A DNA stretch of 63,661 bases, the filler included, from an uncultured bacterium (GTDB lineage: Bacteria > CAYUVA01): NCBI GenBank assembly GCA_964448115.1. It is 3 parts of 3 records of this genome, joined end to end, with 100 filler letters (N's around TTAATTAATTAA, not from the genome) between each part and the next. Parts side by side here need not be neighbours in the genome. Positions count along the whole stretch, not along the records: positions 45,625 to 63,661 come from CAYUVA010000062.1; 2 more parts are not named here. One strand, 5' to 3'. The notes under the pieces are model-generated. The model had not been told where the DNA came from, made no database searches, and was given only the letters and a program-made list of their open reading frames with translations. The position numbers were made by a program, and so were the translations under genes. Positions 49,201-57,813 of this stretch are shown in pieces (position 1 is the first letter of the stretch; each line of letters opens with the position of its first letter).

Positions 49201-52200
49201 GTCAGCCCCGGATCGAACCGCATCCAGCGCCTCGGAAATGGTGCGATAATCCGCGTTGCTCCAGGTGCGCGCCACCAGGATATAATCCGGGGTCGGGGTC
49301 GGGGTGGGTGTATTGGTCGGGGTTGCTGTCGCAGTTGGGGTCGGCGTGGGTGGCGGTTGTGAGAGGGAATAATGCACCAGGACAACATCCTTGCCTCCCG
49401 AATGCGGTTTCCCGGCGATGCTGCTTCCGGCATACCCCGTTATGTAGAACTCGCCGCTTCCAACGAATGTTACCGCCTTGCCGACATCGGAGCCTTCTGA
49501 ACCCACGAGATGTGTACAGAGCCTGACGCCATCCGAAAGCCTGAATCTCATAATGAAGATGTCGCTGCAATATCCCGATGCCGGGCTCTCCCCGTCTATA
49601 GAGCCGCTGACCTTACCAGTTATCACTGCTGTATTTTGATCGGCGACCGCGATGCCGAAAGCCTTGTCCTCGTAATTGGCGGGTCCCGATGTATATGCCT
49701 GATTCCACACCATGTTGCCGTCGGCTGAATACTTCAGGATGAGGAGATCACCTGCATGTTCCCTTTGGCTGTCCTCTCTCGAACTCGTCCATCCGCTTAT
49801 GTAAACCGAGCCATCAGCATCCAGGTCCACCCCAGTTCCCTCCTCATCGAAAGGAAGCCCGTACTGCCTGAGCCAGGTTAGGTTTCCGTCCAGGTTTACC
49901 TTGGCCAAGTAGAGGTCGGACATCCCGCTATTGCCGGCTCCTCCGAGATCACCCTTGGTAAAGCCGGTTAGGTATGCCACGCCCTCGGGGTCATTCACCA
50001 CCAGGTCGTAAGGTTCGTCGTCAGCAGAAGAGCCTAACAGCTTGGTCCAAATATTATTTCCACTGGAGGTGAACTTCCTGATAAAGATATCTCTTCCGCC
50101 GGCGGAGGCGAGTCCGTCCATCGTACCGGTCATGTAGCCTACGACATAGATATTGTCGCTTCCATCGGCAGCCACCGCTCGCCCCTCCACGCGGTCAGAA
50201 CCGGCGAAGTTGACTCTCCATTGCAGATTGCCCGCGGTATCATAAGCGCCAAGAAAGCCTTGCGGGTTGTGTATGCCCAAAGTGTAATCTACTCCTGTTA
50301 CATACATGGCGTCATTCGCGCTATTAAGGGTAATCCCCTCGCATCTCGCATCATCCCAGGTGACCATCCATCTCAGTTGCTGATCAGGGCTGTAGCTGGC
50401 AATCAAGGCGTCATCCCCGTAAACACCCGCAAGGTAGCTGTTTTTAACCGAGTCCGCGGTAACATCGCTTCCCCAGTCTGTCCAGGAGGTGCCAAGCATG
50501 TTGACCGCGTAAAAGGCTTCCTCCGGCTCGCACTTCGGTGTCGGGGTAGGAGTCGGCGTCGGCGGCAACGGCGTCGGCGTGAAGTAATCGGAGGACTCGC
50601 GAATCAGGAAGTTGCTCCCCCCCACCGAACCGCAGACCTTCAGGAAAGCGGTGCAGTAACCATGAGAAGCGACGCCGACGCTCATCTCCGAGGCTTCGTG
50701 CCCAGAAGCATTGCCCCTCAGCCATTGAAGGGTTCCGTTGCGATCATAAAGGGCGAGATACCAATCCTCCCAGCCGTGATTCATATACCCCTCCGCGTCT
50801 CCATATAGGCTTCCACTCAAGAACACATGACCGCTTGCATCAACCGAAGTAGAGTAGGCATAGACCTTATGGTCATAATCCTGGCTGCCGGCTAGGAACC
50901 TTGTCCATTGCAAGTCGCCATGCAGGTTGTACTTGGCCAAGAACGCCGCCGGCATACAATCGACTCCTTGCGCGGTAGTCATGGTAAATCCGCACAGATA
51001 AAGCTCGTTCCGGGTGTTGTCCACATCGATCCCATAACCACGCTCTTCCATCCCGTCGCAAAGAGTACAGGACCCCGAACAACCGAGATCGCTCAAGACA
51101 TTCATCCATTGAAAGCAGCCCTCGGCATTGTATTTCGCAATTACGATATCCTCGCTGCCGTCTCCAGCAAAGTTTTCCGTATATCCCGCCATGTAGATGA
51201 AACCAGAGGCGTCAACACAAATATCCAGGGGGACAACATACTCCGGATTGCCAGCCAGGGATGGCAGTATCTCCCATAACAAGACGCCGTCGGGAGAGTA
51301 CTTAGCCAGGACTCCGAGCTGAGCGCCAACCACTATATCTCCCTGGGGAGTTACAGCTACCGCAGTGCCTAACTGGGTTTGGAAAAAGGTCTCCGGCAGG
51401 TACCTTATCCATTGAAGCTCCAAAGCGTTGTTATACTTGGCTAGGAAAGCGTCCTTGCCGTTTTGATGGGTTGCCCCTCCAAGGCTCCCCTCGGTCCAGC
51501 CGACTATGTATATCTCGTTGGGGGACGCGATAGAAACCGCCACGCCCTGATCGTGCTGAGGACTTCCGAGGAGTCTCTCGTTGAGTTTGTTTCCGTCGGA
51601 GTCGAACTTCGAGATTACGACATCCGATTTGCCCACTGTCTCCTCGAAATCGGTGTCCTCCGAGGTACTACTCACGACATATACGAACCCGTCGGGAGAA
51701 ACAGCCACTCCCCTGCCTACATTCAGGTGGTTGGCGGTAAGGGATCGGGTCCAGATATCTGAGCAATCCGCTACCGTCGGGACAGGAGTCCTCGTGGGGG
51801 TGGGAGTGGGGGTTACTTCCACCCCGCATAGACGCAGATCATCAATGTTCCAACCGATGTGCCCCGTGTACATGTTTTTCATGTCGGAGGTAGGACCAAT
51901 ACTCCACCGGATATAGGTGGAGGCTTCATTATCGGCTGTTCTCCCCAGCGGCACCTCGAAATCCGTCCAGGAGGTGTCGCATCTCTCCAGCATACCATCT
52001 AGCCGGGGATAGGCGTTGTCCCAGACGGTCTCCCAAAAGCTTCCGTCTGCCGAGACATCTATCCTTGCGAAATGCAACGAATCCTCTATGGATGGAAGTC
52101 CGATCCACGCCTTGAAGGACAATACTATGTCATAGTAATCGCTACAGTTGATGGGGGATGTCGTTAGAGTATATATGTTGGAATCAGGATTGGCGTATAA

Positions 52201-54600
52201 ACCATCGTAGCTTAAATCATAGCCGTAAACAAAGCTACCGCTGTACGCCGAGTTAGGATCGTAGCAATCCGATTGACCGCCTCCCTTGCCTTGGGGAGCG
52301 TTAAACTCCCATTCACCATTCATCGTCCAGCCTGGGTCGCTGTCGAGGTTCTCGGAGAAGAAACAGATGGTTGGAATGGGGGTGGGTGTCGAAGTGGGCG
52401 TAGGGGTGGGAGTAGGCGGGATGGTGGTGAATTTCGAGAAGAAGATGTCTTGACCCCCCTTGTTGACGCCGCCGAGATCGCCGTATGTATAACCAGCCAG
52501 GAACGCCTCGCCCATGGCGTTGACGGCGATGGCGCAACATTTTTCGTTCTCGCCCGTTCCCAGCAATCCGGTGCAGACACGCGTACCGTCCAGGGTGAAG
52601 CGTGCTATGAATGCGTCCTTAGCCCCATTGTTAGGCTTCGCGTCCAGGTCTCCCTCGGTAAAGCCTCCCACGAATAGTCTTCCGCCCCCTATGCCAATTG
52701 ACTTACCCCATTCAGCATGGCTTGTTCCAAAGATTCTAGTCCAGGTTACATTGCCATCCATAGAGAATCTACATGCAAATGCATCGGTTTCTCCATGGGC
52801 GCTTTCTCCCAAGAAGCCGCCTTGGCTGAAACCAGCAAGGTAAGGATTGCCTCCCGCATCCAACGCAATGGCGAGTGCCCTGTCATCCTGGGGACTCCCG
52901 AAGAGATTGCCCCATACAAGATTTCCATCAGCGTTCAACTTGATCAGGAAGGCGTCCTCTCCACCGCTGTTGATTTCTTCCAAAAGATCGCCCCGGCTGC
53001 CTCCGCACAAGTAGAGATAACCGGAACTGTCCGCCGTTATTCCGGTCGCCTCCTCCGAGGAGGCAGTCCCGAACAGCTTTACCCACAACAGGGAGCCATT
53101 GTTGGAGACGCAAGCTACGAAAATGTCCTTTTCGCCGGCGTTCTGCACATTGTCGAGATCGCCCCAAGTATATCCGGCAAGGAAGATCCGTGAGCCGAAA
53201 GCTGTAACACAACGTGCTTCTTCGTCCTTGTTCGTCCCGAGCAAGAGGCTCCACTGGAGGTCTCCTGCCTGGCCATATTTAAGTAAAAAGGCATCCCTAG
53301 CGCCGTTATTGGCATTGCCTGCGAGGTCTCCCTCCGTGTAGCCGACGAGGAGTAGGTTGTTGTATTGATCCACCGCGCTTGCGAGGGCTTCTTCGTTGGA
53401 GGCAGTCCCTGTCATAAGTGTCCAGAGCTTTTGGGCATCGCTATTGAACTTGGTTATAAAGATATCCTTTCCCCCCTGGTGAGGCTGATCCTCGATAGAG
53501 GTCGAGGCGCCGCCCGCCAGGTAGATAAAGTCGTCCGCAGAGATGGAGAGGGCTAAGCCTAAGTCGTCGAGATACATCCCGTACTGGCTGGTCAGGTAAA
53601 AACCCTCGTTCGCAACGCAGGCAAGGGTGGGGGTAAAGGTGGCGGTAGGGGTATTGCTAGGAGTCGGGGTTATGCTGGGCGTGGGAGAACTCGTGGAGGT
53701 ATTAGTGGGAGAGGGAGTGTTGGTCGGGCTCCAAACCGAGAAGATCATTTGGTGACTATTCTCCTCACCGGCGGTATGAGAGGAGTCGAATATCCTGACA
53801 TAGACATCCGAAGGGTCTGGCATACCGCTCGGAAGCGTTATAGCCAGGCAATCCCCTGAAATATTCCCGCAATAAGAGCTATACAAGAGCACCCTGTTCT
53901 CATCGGCGATGGGGTCCTCGTAATAATACGCCTGCATGTTGAGATCGAGGCTTGGGGATATGTTGGTCATCTCGAAATTGTAGGTATAGGATGGATGGGC
54001 GGAAAACTTGAACCAATCCTCGTCATCGGAACTGCACAGGTAATTAGTTAGCGGGGTATCCGGCGGAAAGGCGTCGAGGTTGACGGCTTGCGAAGCATGA
54101 TCATTGGATTCATAGTCATCCCTATCGAGGCAAGAGAGGGGATCAAGAAGAATAAGAGGTATGGTGGTAGTAGGCTCCGTTATCTCCACGGGTTGTAAAT
54201 CCTTCCGGTAGTAACCTGGAGCTGAGGCTGTCAAGCGATAAGTACCGGCAGGGATATCGCCAAGAGAGTAGTTTCCGCTCGCATCGGTGATCGTCTCTCC
54301 TATGATCGCTGCGTAGGCAAGTCCTATTACCACGAGTGCTGGCGCGAGAAAAACGAGAAAGTACTTCATGCTGTACCTGGATCGCCAGAATAGATAAGTC
54401 AGGGTAGCAAGCAACAATAGCGCCCCGAGCAAGGTAAAACTCGGAACGGTGAAGGTTGTATCGAGGCTTATGGTTATGCCCGCGTGACCAGATGGATCAG
54501 CCACATCGGAGTATTGGGCTACGCCATTTACAGTTGCTCCTCGCGCATTCGATATCAAAAGAAAAGCAGTGAAAAGACAAATAAATAATGCTCTTTTCAT
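46261..54600 (-). CDS. Giant (~2780 aa) secreted multidomain surface protein: carboxypeptidase-regulatory-like domain, PPC-like domain, three SBBP beta-propellers, jelly-roll-like domain and two right-handed beta-helix regions, separated by Pro/Thr linkers
   Basis: Signal peptide MKR..ARGA after a GGAGG RBS (ATG 54600); TDASGNY..G.Y.L.A...GY; DDYE.ND..D.DWF; repeated D.F..K....G...W....G...D; five PTPT linkers; GGA(I/L/V)Y and FxxN repeats; L.L...SPCIDA...DMGAYEF. Confidence 0.88.
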   Translation of the reverse strand: MKRALFICLFTAFLLISNARGATVNGVAQYSDVADPSGHAGITISLDTTFTVPSFTLLGALLLLATLTYLFWRSRYSMKYFLVFLAPALVVIGLAYAAIIGETITDASGNYSLGDIPAGTYRLTASAPGYYRKDLQPVEITEPTTTIPLILLDPLSCLDRDDYESNDHASQAVNLDAFPPDTPLTNYLCSSDDEDWFKFSAHPSYTYNFEMTNISPSLDLNMQAYYYEDPIADENRVLLYSSYCGNISGDCLAITLPSGMPDPSDVYVRIFDSSHTAGEENSHQMIFSVWSPTNTPSPTNTSTSSPTPSITPTPSNTPTATFTPTLACVANEGFYLTSQYGMYLDDLGLALSISADDFIYLAGGASTSIEDQPHQGGKDIFITKFNSDAQKLWTLMTGTASNEEALASAVDQYNNLLLVGYTEGDLAGNANNGARDAFLLKYGQAGDLQWSLLLGTNKDEEARCVTAFGSRIFLAGYTWGDLDNVQNAGEKDIFVACVSNNGSLLWVKLFGTASSEEATGITADSSGYLYLCGGSRGDLLEEINSGGEDAFLIKLNADGNLVWGNLFGSPQDDRALAIALDAGGNPYLAGFSQGGFLGESAHGETDAFACRFSMDGNVTWTRIFGTSHAEWGKSIGIGGGRLFVGGFTEGDLDAKPNNGAKDAFIARFTLDGTRVCTGLLGTGENEKCCAIAVNAMGEAFLAGYTYGDLGGVNKGGQDIFFSKFTTIPPTPTPTPTSTPTPIPTICFFSENLDSDPGWTMNGEWEFNAPQGKGGGQSDCYDPNSAYSGSFVYGYDLSYDGLYANPDSNIYTLTTSPINCSDYYDIVLSFKAWIGLPSIEDSLHFARIDVSADGSFWETVWDNAYPRLDGMLERCDTSWTDFEVPLGRTADNEASTYIRWSIGPTSDMKNMYTGHIGWNIDDLRLCGVEVTPTPTPTRTPVPTVADCSDIWTRSLTANHLNVGRGVAVSPDGFVYVVSSTSEDTDFEETVGKSDVVISKFDSDGNKLNERLLGSPQHDQGVAVSIASPNEIYIVGWTEGSLGGATHQNGKDAFLAKYNNALELQWIRYLPETFFQTQLGTAVAVTPQGDIVVGAQLGVLAKYSPDGVLLWEILPSLAGNPEYVVPLDICVDASGFIYMAGYTENFAGDGSEDIVIAKYNAEGCFQWMNVLSDLGCSGSCTLCDGMEERGYGIDVDNTRNELYLCGFTMTTAQGVDCMPAAFLAKYNLHGDLQWTRFLAGSQDYDHKVYAYSTSVDASGHVFLSGSLYGDAEGYMNHGWEDWYLALYDRNGTLQWLRGNASGHEASEMSVGVASHGYCTAFLKVCGSVGGSNFLIRESSDYFTPTPLPPTPTPTPTPKCEPEEAFYAVNMLGTSWTDWGSDVTADSVKNSYLAGVYGDDALIASYSPDQQLRWMVTWDDARCEGITLNSANDAMYVTGVDYTLGIHNPQGFLGAYDTAGNLQWRVNFAGSDRVEGRAVAADGSDNIYVVGYMTGTMDGLASAGGRDIFIRKFTSSGNNIWTKLLGSSADDEPYDLVVNDPEGVAYLTGFTKGDLGGAGNSGMSDLYLAKVNLDGNLTWLRQYGLPFDEEGTGVDLDADGSVYISGWTSSREDSQREHAGDLLILKYSADGNMVWNQAYTSGPANYEDKAFGIAVADQNTAVITGKVSGSIDGESPASGYCSDIFIMRFRLSDGVRLCTHLVGSEGSDVGKAVTFVGSGEFYITGYAGSSIAGKPHSGGKDVVLVHYSLSQPPPTPTPTATATPTNTPTPTPTPDYILVARTWSNADYRTISEALDAVRSGADQRKTIHVVADGTYYWFNENIPMELVPGVKLMSHTSTKPTIQGHPSQAIGAPLFKAVGIHDLNTTIQGLRIMYGFLYNANGAALYISNSEITVRDCEFLYNKARRTGTTTYGGAIFNYAGDPVIENCNFEYNDAKTGGALANQYGDPVIRDCTFTSNNSSAGGALADYSGGSEVYECAFQDNHGGFGGAAYYWNSFASVERSVFTGNSASDNGGAIYAHASAETSAHLDMKRCEFRENHSCASGGALFLWWGYYDFENLVFWRNAADHHGGAVYSFVTALAGYSFTHCTFNGNEASNGGALYNDAPRGSIYNSIMWGDIPNEVAYPTSAQMPEISCSLVEGGYGDALDHNMDKNPWFMMDFAGDLRLRPVSPCIDAVQFCSSLTEDFTGAQRPFQHRVPARRIPDMGAYEFSDYLWIGPDPYPAYDFSSIEDALADIRSETHRISVLGTYADPSSFPIYLRESSYIEVDDPDNYVYYNANLQTNIFRLENFSHYPAGLDGFRILSGSSGIGGGIRVDNASLVLLNSEIRSCVANKGGAVYVKDGEAEIKNCWFTENTAMQQGGALYFENSNWTVDNCEIGLMRDDNPERSEDYDVVDIIEGGTNIGDNTPDPHNRAYDEGGGIYSAYSTFTLKDTHIKANVALNNGQTPTADGGGMLVQGGGGVIENCVFRVNYAADRGGGLWAETEEPLLIHDCRFHGNSSGRLEPPFFLWMFGGGYGGGAKLGGSQISVENCVFYDNLALHHGGGIYLSEDGVTVRKSLFYKNRVWKKGGGLYSEGADCYLENDCFYANLGKDPRVAVKRYAALYLWSRGGGLYLKNCNFTLRNSTVWENETHMTFVTGLVTATGAGLRTEDCSGDAYHNIFYGNRRKFKFKSVINLSLSDQVYVSPYASHDIQFINNFLEPKTDAPTPSDYEGDHYHAIREDPKVYADAYGWIRLKPDSPARGAAWEWLGYPSDDFEGDTRPCGGGSADIGCDETCD

Positions 54601-54642
54601 GAGAATCCTCCCTCTCATTCAAGCCTTACGCACAACAATCCA

Positions 54643-54676
54643 GGAGGAATCCTTTTTGAAAAAAGGCTTATCCTCC
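54643..54676. repeat. Imperfect palindrome upstream of the giant gene
   Basis: GGAGGA-AT-CCTTTTT-GA-AAAAAGG-CTTA-TCCTCC. Confidence 0.5.
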
Positions 54677-54947
54677 CAAATCTCCAGGTATGTTTTCCAT
54701 ACTTACTTTTCTTGAGACCAATTCAACGCTCCTAAAGGATAGTAAACTCTACAATCTCGATGACTCCAAGGGTGGAGACAACTTATTTTCCAAGTAACCG
54801 TTCACAGTTAAATAATACTATAACACCATATAACCCGTCAAGCTAAAGGTTCGTAATCGTTTTTTAATTCCGACATAAGAAATGAAAATATACCTGGGAG
54901 GTTAGTTGAGAGCAAAATATTTCGGACAGAGCTGGGGTTGTTCTGGG

Positions 54948-55111
54948 GGGTTTCGCAAAGCCCCTGTTCCAAAGCTCGCAGGGGCTTTGTTAACGATGAA
55001 TGGTATTCTTCGTCAGAGCATAACCAAGAAGAAATTACCTCTTGACATCAGCAATAGGATCATGTGGTGTTCAATCAGGATGACGAAATTACAGAAAATA
55101 TCGGACAGAAC
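54948..55111 (+). mobile_element. Probable IS end remnant: second copy of the ~87-bp repeat followed by an IS256-like terminal sequence
   Basis: Repeat at 54948-55033 with a perfect 11-bp stem CAAAGCCCCTG/CAGGGGCTTTG, then AAATTACAGAAAATATCGGACAGAAC (55086-55111), which resembles IS256-family ends as I recall them. Confidence 0.5.
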
Positions 55112-55121
55112 TTCAACCTGT

Positions 55122-55150
55122 TTGACAGGAGATGATTTTAAGATTAAACT
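55122..55150 (+). promoter_or_regulatory. sigma70 promoter positioned for a leaderless transcript
   Basis: TTGACA-N17-TAAACT, then 6 nt, then the ATG at 55157; no Shine-Dalgarno sequence. Confidence 0.65.
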
Positions 55151-55156
55151 AGTAAT

Positions 55157-57352
55157 ATGAATTTTCAAAGGAACGCACTGGCCATAACTTTAGTTTCAAT
55201 TGCTATTACCTATACATTTATCTGCCTGGCTTACGCCGAGTTCGAGGTGTTATGCGAGCTTAATGTAGGCGGCAGAGGTTACAGCGATGTTGCGGTCGAT
55301 CAAGATTATATCTACCTATGTAGCCAGGAGGGATTCCTGGAGGTCTTCACCAGGACTGAACCATTGGCTTGCGTAGGCTTCATAGACCTGAGAACTGATG
55401 ATGAAATTGATGACATGGAGATCGCCTTAGACGATGACTATGCCTATATCACCAGGGGGAATGCGGGTATATACATAGTCGATATCTCCCAGCCGTCTGC
55501 TCTAAAGGTCGTCTCCTGGATCGGCGCGCAGTACGCTGACGGTTGTTTTATCAGGGATGATCATCTTTTTGTCTGCAATGAAATGTTGCTATCTATATTC
55601 GATGTTTGTGATCGATCATCTCCGAGCCTACTAAGCGCCATAGCCTTCGATTACTGGACAGAGAATGTAGCTGTTACCGGGGATTATGCTTATGTAGTCG
55701 GCTCTCCGGCAGGGCTTTTCATCGTAGATATCTCCGATATAACCGAGCCGGTGATCGTAAACCATCTATTCGAGTACACCGGCATCTGCTCGCTTCAGAT
55801 CGAGGATGGATTGGCATATCTATGTACGGTAATTCAACCGCCGATTGTGCTAGATATCAGGGATGATCCAGCGTATCCGCAAGTCTTATATCATTCCACA
55901 GAATCGGTTGAGGAAGAACATAATGAACTAACGTATGCGGATGGCTATGTATTTATCGCCGATGAAGAAGGTCTAAAGATCTACGATGCCACGGATCCAT
56001 CAAACCTGGATCTTATACTCACCGAACACGAGGAGCTAAGCTTTAGCCTCAGCGTTGCCGCCGGGGATGGAGAGCTATTTTTTTCGAGTAAAAATTCTGG
56101 TTACTTCAGGATATTTAATTACCTGACGCTTCCCGATGCCCTTCAGGAGCTGGCTACTTATCGAAATCCTAGCGGCATCCTACAAATAGGGCTTAGCGAA
56201 GACTATCTAGTGATTCTCGACAGCACATGGCAGGTTTCAGTCTCAGTCTATGACATAAGCGATCCAACCATGCCAGTTAACCTGAGTAGAACCGAGTTGA
56301 CCGAATCTATACACCCATACATGTCTGTAGATCAGGGTCGCGTGGCTATCGTAACCGAGGATAAATTGTCTCTTTATCAGATCACAGCGCAGGGGACTTT
56401 GTCCGAGACTTTCAGCACCACTTATTATAATTACATTCCTTGCTGTTATCTGAGGAGGGATTATCTTATCGCTAATCATTATTGGGATGAAACAAAAAAT
56501 ATTGATGTTTTTTATGTTGAAGATTTTTCAGCTCCTGAATTGGTGCTACAGTTTAAGGCAGCACATGGCCAAGTATTTCTTGGTTATTTGAATCATGATA
56601 TTTACTATATTCTAGAGCCGTCCTTGTTAAATCAGCATTATTTGAACATAATAAATGTATCGGATCCAAGCAATATTCTTTATAAAGCCATTAACATAGG
56701 ACAACTTTATCCCATGTATTTATTGACCGATATGATGGTAAACAATCAATTTTTATATATAGGTACCACTTATGGGGGGATTCAATTGTATAACCTTGAT
56801 GATCCCATGTCCCCCGAATATATGAACGATATCGATGTCGATCTGTGGGTCAATGAGTTTGCTCTGGTTGGAGAGGACATATATCTAGTTAGTGGCCATA
56901 CTGAGGGAGATAATTATGGCATTTATTTGATGGATCTAAGCCAGCAGGGATTTCCGATTGTTCTAACAAGCCAGAAAGGCATATACCGTTATCTCGAAGT
57001 CAAAGACGATATTGCGATCACCGGCGATGAGAAGCATTTGCATATCCTGCGCATTCCGCTGCCAGAGCCTAATATTCACATCGGTGGCTACTTGGATACA
57101 AACCTTGAGGCTGCAACTGGCGGGAAGCTGCGTATTTTCGGGCTTGCACCAAATGGATTGAAGATCATCCGCGATATCAGACTGCTCGATAGCAGTTATA
57201 GTCCAATCGGCATTAGCCTGGACAACGGGTATAGAGAATTTTACATACCACCCGGTATGGTTCCACCAGGCAATTACCTGCTGTTGCTGCAAGCTTATGA
57301 CACCATGGGGCGTACAAGTTGTCCCTTCCCCTATCTTTGCGTGGGGGAATGA
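55157..57352 (+). CDS. Secreted LVIVD-repeat (beta-propeller) protein with a distinct C-terminal domain
   Basis: Signal peptide ending AYA; repeated YAY(I/V)....GL.IVDIS.P units; acidic composition. Confidence 0.85.
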   Translation: MNFQRNALAITLVSIAITYTFICLAYAEFEVLCELNVGGRGYSDVAVDQDYIYLCSQEGFLEVFTRTEPLACVGFIDLRTDDEIDDMEIALDDDYAYITRGNAGIYIVDISQPSALKVVSWIGAQYADGCFIRDDHLFVCNEMLLSIFDVCDRSSPSLLSAIAFDYWTENVAVTGDYAYVVGSPAGLFIVDISDITEPVIVNHLFEYTGICSLQIEDGLAYLCTVIQPPIVLDIRDDPAYPQVLYHSTESVEEEHNELTYADGYVFIADEEGLKIYDATDPSNLDLILTEHEELSFSLSVAAGDGELFFSSKNSGYFRIFNYLTLPDALQELATYRNPSGILQIGLSEDYLVILDSTWQVSVSVYDISDPTMPVNLSRTELTESIHPYMSVDQGRVAIVTEDKLSLYQITAQGTLSETFSTTYYNYIPCCYLRRDYLIANHYWDETKNIDVFYVEDFSAPELVLQFKAAHGQVFLGYLNHDIYYILEPSLLNQHYLNIINVSDPSNILYKAINIGQLYPMYLLTDMMVNNQFLYIGTTYGGIQLYNLDDPMSPEYMNDIDVDLWVNEFALVGEDIYLVSGHTEGDNYGIYLMDLSQQGFPIVLTSQKGIYRYLEVKDDIAITGDEKHLHILRIPLPEPNIHIGGYLDTNLEAATGGKLRIFGLAPNGLKIIRDIRLLDSSYSPIGISLDNGYREFYIPPGMVPPGNYLLLLQAYDTMGRTSCPFPYLCVGE

Positions 57353-57370
57353 GATATCCATGCGGATAAG

Positions 57371-57720
57371 TTAATGTCGCTTCTTGCCGGCACGCGAAAG
57401 CCATAGCGTCCAGATAAATCCAAAGAACAAAAGTATCCCGCCAAGTATGAACAATTGCCTGGTGATGTCTATCTGAGGTAGATCCAATGCCCGGCTTCCG
57501 CTCGCTGCGCTGGTAGCCGTCGCCAGGATGAATATGGCAAGCTCGGTTGAAAATACTCTTTCCCTCATATCGGCTCTCACCGAAACCATCAGCAACCGGG
57601 TAGTGAATACCCACCTGATGCCATTACCGATGCCTCGAAGCAATATGCCTGAAAGCACGATCGCGAAGCTGGACATGGTCGAGATCACCAATAATCCGAA
57701 TACTGAGATGATACATGAGA
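57371..57720 (-). pseudogene. C-terminal fragment of an MFS transporter
   Basis: Only about four TMs with RG.G.G..WVF...LL...V....R.RVF; no credible N-terminal half or start. Confidence 0.55.
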
Positions 57721-57813
57721 TGGAGCGGTCAGAGAATAAAGAAGCCAGATATGCTCGACATCTTTCACAACGATGGTTCCATCTGATAAGGATTTGTTGA
57801 TGATAAAGGCTTT

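Noticed and set aside
54906-55160. 84-aa ORF
   Set aside because: It spans the hairpin repeat and the IS-end-like sequence, and the other repeat copy has a stop in the equivalent frame.
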